DNA of 64,000 nt, taken from NCBI GenBank assembly GCA_965248695.1, contig CBDFKD010000002.1, positions 1,600,001-1,664,000 on the forward strand, given 5' to 3'. Shown piece by piece: positions 41,348 through 51,573 of the stretch. The translations under genes and the position numbers were made by a program. Position 1 is the first letter of the stretch; the number at the start of each line of letters is the position of its first letter. This stretch comes from Acidobacteriota bacterium. Lineage in GTDB: Bacteria; Acidobacteriota; UBA890; WLXD01. The notes below the pieces were generated by a model. That model had not been told where the DNA came from. It was given only the letters and a program-made list of their open reading frames with translations, and did no database searches.

Positions 41348-41626
41348 CTAGCAGGCCGTGGTGAAAGTGTGGTGGGTCTGGCGACAGGGTCTTGCGAGGC
41401 GCAGGCCAGGAGAGAGGAGGAGGCGATGGTTACCCCATCGTTGACGACAAACGACGCAGCATCCGCGCGCAACCCCCAGTCGCCCGAAGGGTTACGGCGA
41501 TTTGGGGCCATCTGCGGCGTTGGCCCTCCTCGACGATGACTAGGGCATCGGGTGCGTCAGACCGCCTTGCATCTGGCCCCAACTCGCCGTAACCAGACCC
41601 ACCACACTCTCATCACGGCCTGCTAG
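41348..41626. mobile_element. MITE-like element, full copy (271 bp plus CTAG duplication)
   Basis: 30-bp terminal inverted repeats CAGGCCGTG[G/A]TGA[A/G]AGTGTGGTGGGTCTGG (28/30 identical); CTAG on both flanks; no transposase ORF; extensive internal pairing. Confidence 0.8.
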
Positions 41627-41635
41627 GCTCGGCAC

Positions 41636-42211
41636 ATGGGCAAGACACGTTGCCAATGGGCCCGGTCCGGCCGGCCGCTGGATCTCGAGTATCACGACCT
41701 CGAGTGGGGCGTACCGGTGCGCGACGATCGTCGGCTGTTCGAGTTCCTGATACTCGAGGGAGCACAGGCGGGTCTGTCGTGGTCGACAATCCTGAAAAAG
41801 CGCGAGGGTTATCGGCGCGCCTTCCACGATTTCGACGCGGAACGCATTGCTCGCTTCAACCGCCGATCGGTCGAGCGCCTACTCCGGGATCCGGGGATCG
41901 TGCGCAACCGTCTCAAGGTGTCGGCAACGATCGACAACGCGCGCGCTTTCCTGCGACTGCGCGATGATGGCCCCTTTTCGGACTACATATGGAGCTTCGT
42001 TGACGGTGTTCCGGTACAGAACGCCTGGGCGGCACTGAGCCAGATACCCACCCAGACCAGGACCTCCGAGGCCATGAGCAAGGAGTTGCGGAGCCATGGG
42101 TTTCGGTTCGTCGGGCCGACGATCTGCTACGCGTTCATGCAGGCTGCCGGCCTGGTGAACGACCATACGGTGGACTGTTTTCGCTATCCGCAGGTGCGCG
42201 CCGGCGGCTAG
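41636..42211 (+). CDS. tag: DNA-3-methyladenine glycosylase I
   Basis: RC.W, YHD.EWGVP, LE.AQAGLSW.TIL.KR, GF.FVGPTICYAFMQA.G.VNDH...C. Confidence 0.95.
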   Translation: MGKTRCQWARSGRPLDLEYHDLEWGVPVRDDRRLFEFLILEGAQAGLSWSTILKKREGYRRAFHDFDAERIARFNRRSVERLLRDPGIVRNRLKVSATIDNARAFLRLRDDGPFSDYIWSFVDGVPVQNAWAALSQIPTQTRTSEAMSKELRSHGFRFVGPTICYAFMQAAGLVNDHTVDCFRYPQVRAGG

Positions 42212-42278
42212 CAGGCCGGGAAGTGCGGCGGGCCTGGTTGCGACGAGTTGGGGCCAGATGCAAGACGCTCCGCGCTAG
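42208..42278. mobile_element. Truncated, diverged MITE copy between convergent stop codons
   Basis: CTAG-caggccgggaagtgcggcgggcctggttgcgacgagttggggccagatgcaagacg...-CTAG matches the right end of the 41348 element. Confidence 0.7.
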
Positions 42279-43288
42279 CGGTAGTAGTGCTCCCGAAACA
42301 CCAGCCGATAGCTCGGCCGGAGCGAGCGCACCGAGATTTTCCGCTCACGGGCAGGCTGAGCCGCCGGGCTCCCGGGCCGGTATCCGAGCAGGTAGGAGGC
42401 CCGCAGCATGACCACGACGTCGTCGTACGCACTCTCGAGCTCGTCGGGCCGGATGGCATTGATGATCGTGCCCCCCGTCTCGCCGGCGAGCCGGTCGAGC
42501 TTCTCGCCCAGCAGCGCGTCGCTTCGCGCTGCGCCAAGGACCATTGGAAAGATCGGAATGGCGGTTTCGCGCGCGGCGTCGAGTACCTGGTCGAAGCGGG
42601 TTTCGCTGTCGTGGTCGTCGCCGTCCGTCAGCAGCACCAGGGCCGCCCGACGCGTCGGAACGAAGTCGTTTCCGGTGTCGGATCGTGAGGCGCACGAGCC
42701 TCGGTCGGCCACCTCGCCGGCCCGTGTGTCGAGCTCGATGTGTGGGCTGCCGGTGCTCATCGAGTAGACCGTGCTCAGCCCATCGATCAGGGCATCGTGC
42801 AGAGCAGTGCCCCCCTCCATGTAGATGCCGTCCACGCGCGCCGCCAGCGCCGGCTCGAGCGACCTCGCCCAACGGGCCGGGCCGACGACATCGTTGAAGG
42901 GCAGGAGATAGACGCAGTCACGCACGTCGAGCCGCCGCAGGAAGGTCTTGGCAGCGTTGCGCACTACGCGCGACCAGTGCAGCAGGCTGGTGCTCGAATC
43001 CAGCAGCAACGCGATGTCGAGCGGCGCGGAGCCCGGCGCCAGAAACACGCTGATCTCTTGTGCCGCACCGTCCTCGGTGATCCTGAAGTCTGCCGCCTGC
43101 AGTCCGGAGACCGGGTCGCCACGAGAGTCGAGCACGGCGACGCTGTGTCGCACGACGTCGACCGACGTGGTGAAGGCCGGTGTCTGCTGGGCGCCGGCAA
43201 CGCCGACGGCCAGCGAAGTCACCAGCACAGCGAGCGCAACCGGCCCAGCCTTCGAGCCGCGCGGGGGTGATTGCTGTGTGGCGTACAT
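42275..43288 (-). CDS. VWA domain protein (Acidobacterial VWFA type), exported
   Basis: Signal peptide; F...V..V...V.V.D..G.PV.GL...DF...EDG; MIDAS DSSTS; GGTAL.DA; TDG.D..S; LA..TGG. Confidence 0.88.
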   Translation of the reverse strand: MYATQQSPPRGSKAGPVALAVLVTSLAVGVAGAQQTPAFTTSVDVVRHSVAVLDSRGDPVSGLQAADFRITEDGAAQEISVFLAPGSAPLDIALLLDSSTSLLHWSRVVRNAAKTFLRRLDVRDCVYLLPFNDVVGPARWARSLEPALAARVDGIYMEGGTALHDALIDGLSTVYSMSTGSPHIELDTRAGEVADRGSCASRSDTGNDFVPTRRAALVLLTDGDDHDSETRFDQVLDAARETAIPIFPMVLGAARSDALLGEKLDRLAGETGGTIINAIRPDELESAYDDVVVMLRASYLLGYRPGSPAAQPARERKISVRSLRPSYRLVFREHYYR

Positions 43289-43379
43289 ACTGACAAGGTA
43301 GCGAACGCCGGGTAGCGCCCGCAAACCCGCGGCACCTGTGACTCCCTCGGCGCCGGCGCTTCCGTCGACACTCCACCGG

Positions 43380-43442
43380 AACCCACCGATGTCCGACAGC
43401 AACCCACCGATGTCCGACAGCAACCCACCGATGTCCGACAGC
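43380..43442 (+). repeat. Perfect 21-bp tandem repeat x3 spanning the start codon of the thioredoxin-domain gene
   Basis: AACCCACCGATGTCCGACAGC at 43380, 43401 and 43422. Confidence 0.95.
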
Positions 43443-45488
43443 GGCAATCGCCTGGGCGACGAGACCAGCCCCTACCTGCTACAGCACGCCTCGAACCCGG
43501 TCGACTGGTATCCGTGGGGCAAGGAAGCGATTGACCGGGCCAATGCCGAGGACAAGCCGATTCTGTTGAGTGTCGGCTATGCCGCCTGCCATTGGTGTCA
43601 TGTGATGGAGCGTGAATCGTTCGAGAACCCGGCGATCGCCGAGCTCATGAACGAGCACTTCGTCTGCATCAAGGTCGATCGCGAGGAACGTCCTGATATC
43701 GACGACATCTACATGCGCGCCGTGCAGATGATGACCGGACGCGGCGGCTGGCCGCTGACGGCGTTCCTGGCGCCGGATCTACGCCCCTTCTTCGGCGGCA
43801 CCTACTATCCACCGGAGCCGCGCCACGGAATGCCGAGCTTCGCCCAGGTGTTGCAGGGCATTGCCGAGGCCTACGCCACGCGCCGCGACGAGATCGACGC
43901 CACCGGCGCGCAGCTACTGGAACAATTGCAGGCTCCGCGAACGAGCCGGGCAGAGGCGGCACTCGATCACACCGTCATTCAGCGCGCCGCAACCGAGCTG
44001 CACGAGCGTTTCGACCCCAACTACGGCGGCTTCGGGGCAGCGCCGAAATTCCCCAACAGCATGTCGATCTCCCTTCTCTTGCGCCACGCAATAGCGCGCC
44101 AGGACACCGACTTGTTACAAGAGGCGGTGTTCACCCTCGATCAGATGGCTGCAGGCGGCATCTACGATCAGGTCGGCGGCGGCTTCCATCGCTACGCCAC
44201 CGACGAAGCATGGTTGATCCCGCACTTCGAGAAGATGCTCTACGATAACGCCCTGCTGGCCACGACCTACCTCGAGGCCTACCAGATCACCGGCAACCGC
44301 CAGCTCGCCGACACGGTCGCGGAGACGCTCGACTGGGTAGCACGCGAGATGCAATCGAGCGAGGGCGGCTACTACTCCACCCTCGACGCCGACAGCGAAG
44401 GCGTCGAAGGCAAGTACTACGTCTGGGACCAGCAAGAGCTCCAGGCTCTGTTGGGTGACGATGCCGAGATGTTCGGAGTCGCCTACGGTGTCACCGCCAG
44501 TGGCAACTGGGAGGGCACCAATATCCTGCATCTCCCCCGCTCGCTGGACCAGGTGGCGCGTCAGCTGGGCGAGTCGCCCGAGGCTCTCGGCGCCCGCCTG
44601 CGACAATGCCGCGAGCGTCTGTACGAGGCGCGCGAGAGCCGCGTGCGCCCGGGACTCGACGACAAGATCCTGAGCGATTGGAATGGTCTGATGATCGCTG
44701 CCATGGCACGCGGCCATCGAGTGCTCGACGATGTTCGATACCTCGATTCCGGTATCAGAGCGGCGGATTTCGTCCTCCAGACGATGCGCCGCGACGGACG
44801 CCTGCTGCACACCCACCGCGCCGGCACCACGAAGCTGCTCGCTTACCTCGATGGCTACGCCAACATGCTCTGGGCCTGCATCGAGCTGTTCGAGTCGACC
44901 TTCTCACCACGATGGCTGGCGCATGCACGCGAGCTGGCCGACGGGCTGATCGAGCTGTTCGCCAACGACGCCGGTGGTTTCGCCTTCACCGGCACCGACC
45001 ACGAGGAGCTGCTCACGACCTCGAAGGCCGGTCACGACGGCGCCACGCCGTCCGGCAACGCCGTCGCCGCCATCTGGCTGCAGCGGCTGGCGCGACTAAC
45101 CGGCGAGGATCGCTATGCCGTAGCAGCCCATCAGACGCTGGACGCTTTCGCCTCCTTCATGGAGCGCATGCCATCGGCATTCGCCCAGATGAACCTGGCG
45201 CTCGACGCCAGGCTCGCCGAGCACCGCGAGATCGTCGTGCTCGGGGGGGTCGGCGACGCGGCCACGAACGCGGCGCTGGTGAGGCTCTGGCGCCGTTTCG
45301 CACCCCACGAGATCGTCGTCCAACTCGATCCGCAGGCAGCGGATCTGGTGGAGCTGGAAACGGCGCTGCCGCTGCTGGTGGGCAAGGCGTCGGTTGCCGA
45401 GAGCGCACGGCCGCTGTACTTCGCCTGTCGCAATTACGCGTGCGAAGCTCCGACCACCGATCTCGACACGATCATCGGCGAGAGCTGA
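43389..45488 (+). CDS. Thioredoxin-domain protein with alpha/alpha toroid (YyaL/SPATA20 family); start 43389, 43410 or 43431
   Basis: [46 protein letters not shown]. Confidence 0.93.
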   Translation: MSDSNPPMSDSNPPMSDSGNRLGDETSPYLLQHASNPVDWYPWGKEAIDRANAEDKPILLSVGYAACHWCHVMERESFENPAIAELMNEHFVCIKVDREERPDIDDIYMRAVQMMTGRGGWPLTAFLAPDLRPFFGGTYYPPEPRHGMPSFAQVLQGIAEAYATRRDEIDATGAQLLEQLQAPRTSRAEAALDHTVIQRAATELHERFDPNYGGFGAAPKFPNSMSISLLLRHAIARQDTDLLQEAVFTLDQMAAGGIYDQVGGGFHRYATDEAWLIPHFEKMLYDNALLATTYLEAYQITGNRQLADTVAETLDWVAREMQSSEGGYYSTLDADSEGVEGKYYVWDQQELQALLGDDAEMFGVAYGVTASGNWEGTNILHLPRSLDQVARQLGESPEALGARLRQCRERLYEARESRVRPGLDDKILSDWNGLMIAAMARGHRVLDDVRYLDSGIRAADFVLQTMRRDGRLLHTHRAGTTKLLAYLDGYANMLWACIELFESTFSPRWLAHARELADGLIELFANDAGGFAFTGTDHEELLTTSKAGHDGATPSGNAVAAIWLQRLARLTGEDRYAVAAHQTLDAFASFMERMPSAFAQMNLALDARLAEHREIVVLGGVGDAATNAALVRLWRRFAPHEIVVQLDPQAADLVELETALPLLVGKASVAESARPLYFACRNYACEAPTTDLDTIIGES

Positions 45489-46529
45489 TCAGCGATAGAG
45501 CCAGAGCCCGAGCTCTTTCTCCATCGGCGCGTACATGTCGGCCACCCATTCGCTGTAGCCGTTGTAGATCTCGGTGTCGTAGCGCTCGTTGTTGTTGATC
45601 AGCGTTTCCGTTGCCTGCGACCAGCGCGGGTGCGGGATGCGCGGGTTGATGTTGGCCCAGAATCCATACTCGCTCGGCTGCAGATCGTTCCAGAACGTGC
45701 GCGGCTGGCGCTCGACAAAATCGAAGCTGACGATCGACTTCACCTGTTTGAAGCCGTACTTCCAGGGCGTGATGAAGCGCAGCGGGGCGCCGTTCTGTTT
45801 CGGGTTCGGCTTGCCGTACGATCCCGTGACCAGGAACGCCAACTCGTTGCTCGCCTCCTCGATCGTCAGGCCATCGAAGTACGGCCACGGGTACCACGAC
45901 TGCGATGGAATGCCGGGCATCTGGTCCGGCCGATACGCCGTTTTCATCGCCACGAACTTGGCCTGTGGCTGCGGCTCGACGAGCTCGAGCAACGACCGGA
46001 ACGGAAATCCGGACCAAGGCACCACAGCCGCCCAGCGCTCGACGCAGCGGAAGCGGCAGACGCGCTCCTCGAGCGGCATCTTGCGCATCACCTCCTCGAG
46101 ATCGTACGTGCCCGGCTTGCTGACCAAACCGCTCACCTCGAAGGTCCAGGGCTCGGTCTCGAACTTGTCGACGTTGCGCCACACCCCCTGCTTGGGCGTC
46201 TCGAACTCGTAGAAGTTGTTGTACGCGTGGGTCAGCGCCGGATCCGTCAACGGTCGGCCGGCGTCCTCTAGCGTCAGGCGCGGGTGCGGCGTCGCCGGAT
46301 ACAGATCGGCCGCCGGGCCACTCGGGTAGACCACCGAATCGGGCATCGGGACCGGCGCCTGCATCATCGGCAAGCCACTCGCGAGCGCTCTCGAGGCGCC
46401 ATACGCCCCTCCCGCACCAATTGCCGCCAACCCCATGCCCTGAAGGATCTTGCGGCGGTTCAGGTAGATGCTCTCGGGGGTAACCTCGCGCTCGGGGATC
46501 TCCCAGCCGCGTCGCTTTCTGATCAGCAT
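45489..46529 (-). CDS. msrP: Protein-methionine-sulfoxide reductase catalytic subunit
   Basis: Tat motif RRKIL; YNNFYEF, RFRCVE.W, QNGAPLR...PWKYGFK, HPRWSQATE. Confidence 0.93.
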   Translation of the reverse strand: MLIRKRRGWEIPEREVTPESIYLNRRKILQGMGLAAIGAGGAYGASRALASGLPMMQAPVPMPDSVVYPSGPAADLYPATPHPRLTLEDAGRPLTDPALTHAYNNFYEFETPKQGVWRNVDKFETEPWTFEVSGLVSKPGTYDLEEVMRKMPLEERVCRFRCVERWAAVVPWSGFPFRSLLELVEPQPQAKFVAMKTAYRPDQMPGIPSQSWYPWPYFDGLTIEEASNELAFLVTGSYGKPNPKQNGAPLRFITPWKYGFKQVKSIVSFDFVERQPRTFWNDLQPSEYGFWANINPRIPHPRWSQATETLINNNERYDTEIYNGYSEWVADMYAPMEKELGLWLYR

Positions 46530-46804
46530 GGTCGTTCCTCGCCAACCTTCGTTCGTTCGCCCGTAGTTCGCAGATCACTGTAGCAGTCGGAGGATAGTTG
46601 GTGCCAAGCGGGGTGTTGGTTTCCGCTCAACTACATGGCACCTCCCCCGGAGGAGAGCGCCGGTGGACGCCACGACCAGGCTGGCGCAGCGAAGCCGCCA
46701 GCGGAGTGGCGAGTGCCCGACTACAATGGTGGCCTGGTTGAGCTTTCCTGGCACGACCGCCTCCCGCAATGCTCCGGACGCTTGGCGTCCGTGTGTCCGC
46801 CACC

Positions 46805-48625
46805 ATGATCCAGAACCTGCGCAACATCGCCATCATCGCCCACGTCGATCACGGGAAAACCACGCTCGTCGACGAGCTGCTGAAGCAGTCCGGGACGCTG
46901 GATTCGCGCATCACACACCGCGAGCGCGTGCTCGATTCCGACGATCTGGAGCGCGAGCGGGGCATCACGATCCTGTCCAAGAACACCGCCATCCGCTGGC
47001 AGGAGTACACCATCAACATCGTAGACACTCCGGGCCACGCCGACTTCGGCGGCGAGGTCGAGCGGGTGCTGTCGATGGTCGACTCGGTGCTGCTGCTGGT
47101 CGACGCGGTCGAGGGACCGATGCCGCAGACGCGCTTCGTGACCCAGAAGGCGTTCTCCCATGGGCTGCGACCGATCGTCGTGATCAACAAGATCGACCGG
47201 GATGCAGCACGATCGGATTGGGCGCTGGATCAGACCTTCGAGCTGTTCGTCAGGCTCGGTGCGACCGATGAGCAACTCGATTTCCCGGTGATCTACACCT
47301 CGGCCGTCCACGGCACCGCGACACACGACGTGGCACATGCGGGCAACGACATGACGCCGCTGTTCGAGACCGTGATCGAGCACGTCCCGGCCCCCGACGT
47401 CGACCCGGACGGACCCTTGCAGCTCCAGGTCAGCTCACTCGACTATTCCAACTACGTCGGCGCCATCGGTATCGGACGCATCGCCCGCGGCACACTGCGA
47501 CGCAACACCCGGGTAACCGTCGTCGACACCGCCGGAGCTGAACGTCAGGAGCGCGTGCTGCAAGTGCTCGGCTTTCATGGCCTCGAGCGTTCCGAGATGG
47601 AGGCAGCGAGCGCTGGCGATATCGTCGCCTTCAGTGGCGTCGAGCAGCCGCGCATCTCCGACACCCTGTGCGACCCGGACCATGTCGAGCCGCTACCGGC
47701 TCTGGTCGTGGACCAGCCGACCATCGCGATGACCTTCGAAACCAACACCTCGCCGTTCGCCGGCAAGGAAGGCAAGTACCTCACCAGCCGGCAGCTGCGC
47801 GAACGCCTACGCCGCGAAACCCTACACAACGTTGCCCTGGAGGTGGACGAAACGGCGGATCCCGACAAGTTCCGGGTATGTGGTCGGGGTGAGCTGCACC
47901 TGTCGATCCTGCTGGAGAACATGCGGCGGGAGGGATACGAGCTGGCGGTTTCGCGCCCGCGTGTCATCTTGCGTGAGATCGACGGTCAGCGCCACGAGCC
48001 CTTCGAACAGCTGAGCGTCGATGTCGAAGACCGGCATCAGGGTGCGATCATGGAGGCCCTGCGTGAGCGCGGCGGCGATCTGCAAGACATGCGCCCCGAC
48101 GGCCAGGGGCGCGTACGGCTCGACTACGTCATCCCGTCGCGCGGGCTGATCGGTTTCCAGACCGATTTCCGCACCGCCACCTCAGGCAGCGGCATCATGG
48201 TGCACAGCTTCGACCACTACGGCCCGGTACGAAAGATCGCCCGCCAGCGACGTCCCAACGGCGTCCTGGTATCGATGGCCGAAGGCACCTCGTTGGGGTT
48301 CTCGTTGAACAACCTGCAGGAGCGCGGCCAGCTGTTCATCGGCCCTGGAGAGCAAGTCTACGAGGGACAGGTGGTTGGCCTGAACTCGCGCCTCGCGGAT
48401 TTACCGGTCAACCCGCTGAAGGGCAAGAAGCTCACCAACATGCGCGCCGCCGGCCGCGACGACAACATCGTGCTGACGCCACCGCGGCGGATGACGCTCG
48501 AGCAGGCGCTGGAGTTCATCGAAGACGACGAGCTGGTCGAGGTTACCCCGGCCAACCTACGGCTGCGCAAGCGGCACCTGAAGGAGAACGAGCGCCGCCG
48601 TGCCGCGAAGGCGGTAGCTAGCTGA
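46805..48625 (+). CDS. typA: Translational GTPase TypA/BipA
   Basis: [48 protein letters not shown]. Confidence 0.97.
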   Translation: MIQNLRNIAIIAHVDHGKTTLVDELLKQSGTLDSRITHRERVLDSDDLERERGITILSKNTAIRWQEYTINIVDTPGHADFGGEVERVLSMVDSVLLLVDAVEGPMPQTRFVTQKAFSHGLRPIVVINKIDRDAARSDWALDQTFELFVRLGATDEQLDFPVIYTSAVHGTATHDVAHAGNDMTPLFETVIEHVPAPDVDPDGPLQLQVSSLDYSNYVGAIGIGRIARGTLRRNTRVTVVDTAGAERQERVLQVLGFHGLERSEMEAASAGDIVAFSGVEQPRISDTLCDPDHVEPLPALVVDQPTIAMTFETNTSPFAGKEGKYLTSRQLRERLRRETLHNVALEVDETADPDKFRVCGRGELHLSILLENMRREGYELAVSRPRVILREIDGQRHEPFEQLSVDVEDRHQGAIMEALRERGGDLQDMRPDGQGRVRLDYVIPSRGLIGFQTDFRTATSGSGIMVHSFDHYGPVRKIARQRRPNGVLVSMAEGTSLGFSLNNLQERGQLFIGPGEQVYEGQVVGLNSRLADLPVNPLKGKKLTNMRAAGRDDNIVLTPPRRMTLEQALEFIEDDELVEVTPANLRLRKRHLKENERRRAAKAVAS

Positions 48626-48725
48626 ATGTAGCCAGCGTGGATCATCGCCTACGCCTCCGTCTCAGCCAGTGAGTGATCCGCCGCCACCGATGTTGCCGGG
48701 TCCATCGTGAGAGAGTATTCGCGCC

Positions 48726-51527
48726 ATGCAGTGCTCACGATGTTCCAACGAGATTCCGGTGGCGAGTGTCGAATGCCCGTCGTGCGGAAACCCCGTAGGA
48801 GGGTCGCCGAGCCCGGCGACGGCCACATCCGCTCCGGGATCGGATTCGACGCCCGAGGACGCTGTCACATCGTTGCGGGCCGATAGCGCGTCATCCGACG
48901 AAGCGCCGACGTCCCTCGAGCCCGGAGAATCGACACCGGGACTTTCCGGCTCGGACAGCGGCCAACACGGACGCTTCCTTCCTGGGACGACGGTTGCCCA
49001 GCGCTATCGGATCGTCGGCCTGCTCGGCCGCGGCGGCATGGGGGAGGTCTACCGCGCCGACGACTTGAAGCTCGGCCAGCAGGTGGCGCTGAAGTTCCTG
49101 CCTCCTCACATGGTGGCCGACGACGACCATGTGCGGCGTCTGTTCGACGAGGTTCGGATGGCGCGCAAAGTGTCGCACCCGAACGTCTGCCGTGTCTGGG
49201 ATGTCGGCGAGACCGAGGGACAGCACTACGTGTCGATGGAGTACGTCGACGGCGAAGATCTCTCGTCGCTGCTGCGGCGCATCGGTCGATTGCCCGAGGA
49301 CAAAGCAGTGGAGATTGCCCGCCAGCTCAGCGCGGCGCTAGCGGCCGCTCACGACGAAGGCGTTCTGCACCGCGACCTGAAGCCGGCCAACATCATGTTG
49401 GATGGTCGTGGCCGCGTGAAGCTCACCGACTTCGGGCTGGCAGCGGTGGCCGAGGTACGTGCCGGCACGCCGATCTACATGGCTCCCGAGCAGCTCGCCG
49501 GGACAGAGGTCTCGGTGCGCAGCGACATCTACTCGCTCGGCATCGTTCTGCACGAGCTGTTCACCGGCAAGCGGGTCTTCGAGGCAGACAGCTTCGACGA
49601 GCTCTCGCGCCTGCACAACAGCACCATGACCACCTCGCTCACTTCCACCTCCCAGCTCGACCCGTCAATCGATCGCGTCATCCACCGCTGCCTGGACAAG
49701 GATCCCGACAAGCGTCCTCAGTCGGCGTTGGCGGTCGCAGCCGGGTTGCCCGGTGCCGACCCACTTGCGGCCGCGCTCGCCGCCGGCGAGACGCCCTCGC
49801 CCGAGATGGTGGCCGAGGCGGGCGGTGAAGGGCGACTGTCCGTCGCCGTCGCGTTGCCGCTGCTGATCTTCGTGATCGCCGGCACGCTGACGGTGGGCCT
49901 GCTGCAATCCGGTCGCAGCCTGGTCGGCTGAGTTCCGTTCGATATGTCGCCGGCGGAGCTCGACGTGCGAGCGCTCGACGTGCTCGAAGAGCTCGGACAT
50001 CCGATCGACTACGTGGACACCGCGTCGCAGTACGACGTAGATCGTCGCTATCTCGCCTGGGTTCGACGCGAAGGGGCAACGGATGAACGGTTGGCGACAA
50101 TCGGCAGCGGCCGCGCGGCCGCGATCGTGTACTGGTGGCGCGGTTCGCCTCGGGCGCTCGTTCCGAACGGATCGACCGGCGCCGGCTTGTCGGCTGGCGC
50201 GAGCCTGTCGGACCCACCGCGCACGGTGCCCGGCATGGTCTCGCTGCAGCTCGATTCGCAGGGCCGGCTCGTGTGGCTGGACGTCATCCCAGACCGGCTG
50301 AGCGAAGAGGACGCCGCGATCACCGGGGCAACAGACTGGGAACGGATGTTCGAGCTCATGGACCTGGACATGTCGACGTTCCGCCCGGTGGCGCCGCGTC
50401 TGTCGCCCGCTCACTTCGCGGACGAGCGTGCCGCCTGGGAGGGGGCGTTCCCGGAGGATCCGGACGCCATCGTGCGCATCGAGGTCGCCGCCACCGCCGG
50501 ACGCTGTACATCACTTCGAGTGTTCACTCCGGCCCGCCCTCTCGAGCCACCGGACACTACGGGATCGAGCCCCGTGTCGGGGTTTGCGACGGCGACTACC
50601 GTCGCCATCATCCTGATCGTCCTGCTGATGGTATTGACCGTGATCTTCGGCGGCCTCTACGTAGCCCAGCGCAACGTCCGCTCCGGCCGCGGTGACGCCC
50701 GCGGCGCCCGCCGGCTCGGCTTCGCTATCGCTATCGCGATCGGCACCGCGTGGCTGTTCTCGGAGCACACGTTCACGCCCAGCGACATCAACGCCCTGAT
50801 CGAGATGTTGATCTTCGTGTCCGCAAGTGGTGGCCTCACTTGGGCGCTCTATCTGGCGGTCGAGCCCTTCATGCGGCGACAGTCACCCGAGGCCCTGATC
50901 GGATGGGCACGGTTCATCGACGGTCGCTGGGCCGACCCGCTCGTAGGGCGCGACCTGCTGATCGGGTGCAGCGCAGGGGTCCTGAGCCGTCTGCTGGAAA
51001 CGATCCCCCAGGCGCTCGCCGAACGCCCCGAAACCATCGAGAACAACATCGTGTTGCCGCACTCGTCGGTCCTCGCGCTGTTCAGGTCACTGACGTCCGA
51101 TGCGACGGGCGCCGTGCTATTGGGCCTCGGGATGTCCTTCTTATACGGGCTTTCGTTCCTGATGCTCGGGCGCCGCCCCTGGGTCGCCTATGCTGCTTGG
51201 CTGTTCTTCCTCGGCGGCATGGGTTTCCTCCCAGGTCTGACGATCAACGGCGGTCGGCCGTCGATCACCCTGCTGTCATCGATATTCTGGGTGCTCGTTT
51301 GGGCCCTCTGGCTATATGTTCTGTTCCGGCTCGGGCTCCTGGTGTTCCTGGTCATGGGCACAACGGCGTCGCTGCTGGCAAGCACCCTGCCGACGCTGGA
51401 TTTCACCGCCTGGTACGCCCCGAGCATGGTCGCCGGGTTGACGATGCTGATCGGTCTTACGGCGTACGCCTTCTACCGTTGCGTCGAGTGGAAGGGCGGA
51501 CTCGCCGAAGCGCTGGGTGGTGACTAG
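48726..51527 (+). pseudogene. Membrane Ser/Thr protein kinase (zinc ribbon, kinase, TM, periplasmic and multi-TM domains) interrupted by in-frame TGA at 49929-49931
   Basis: GRGGMGEVY, ALK, HRDLKPAN, DFGLA, YMAPE; ORFs 48726-49931 and 49944-51527 share a frame and are separated only by TGA plus 4 codons. Confidence 0.7.
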
Positions 51528-51573
51528 AGGTCGCCAGCACGAGCCCGTCGAGACGCTCGGCTCCACGTGAGCG

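Noticed and set aside
41392-41592. 66-aa ORF inside the MITE
   Set aside because: No transposase or other motif; the sequence is explained by the repeat's pairing structure.
43380-43442. Possible CRISPR array
   Set aside because: The repeats are contiguous with no spacers, and there are no cas genes in the window.
46530-46804. Moco riboswitch or tRNA upstream of msrP
   Set aside because: A hairpin is present, but I saw neither the Moco consensus nor a tRNA cloverleaf with a T-loop.
49929-49975. Selenocysteine recoding of the kinase TGA
   Set aside because: The position is not in a redox or Cys motif, and the downstream hairpin is weak and unremarkable for GC-rich DNA.
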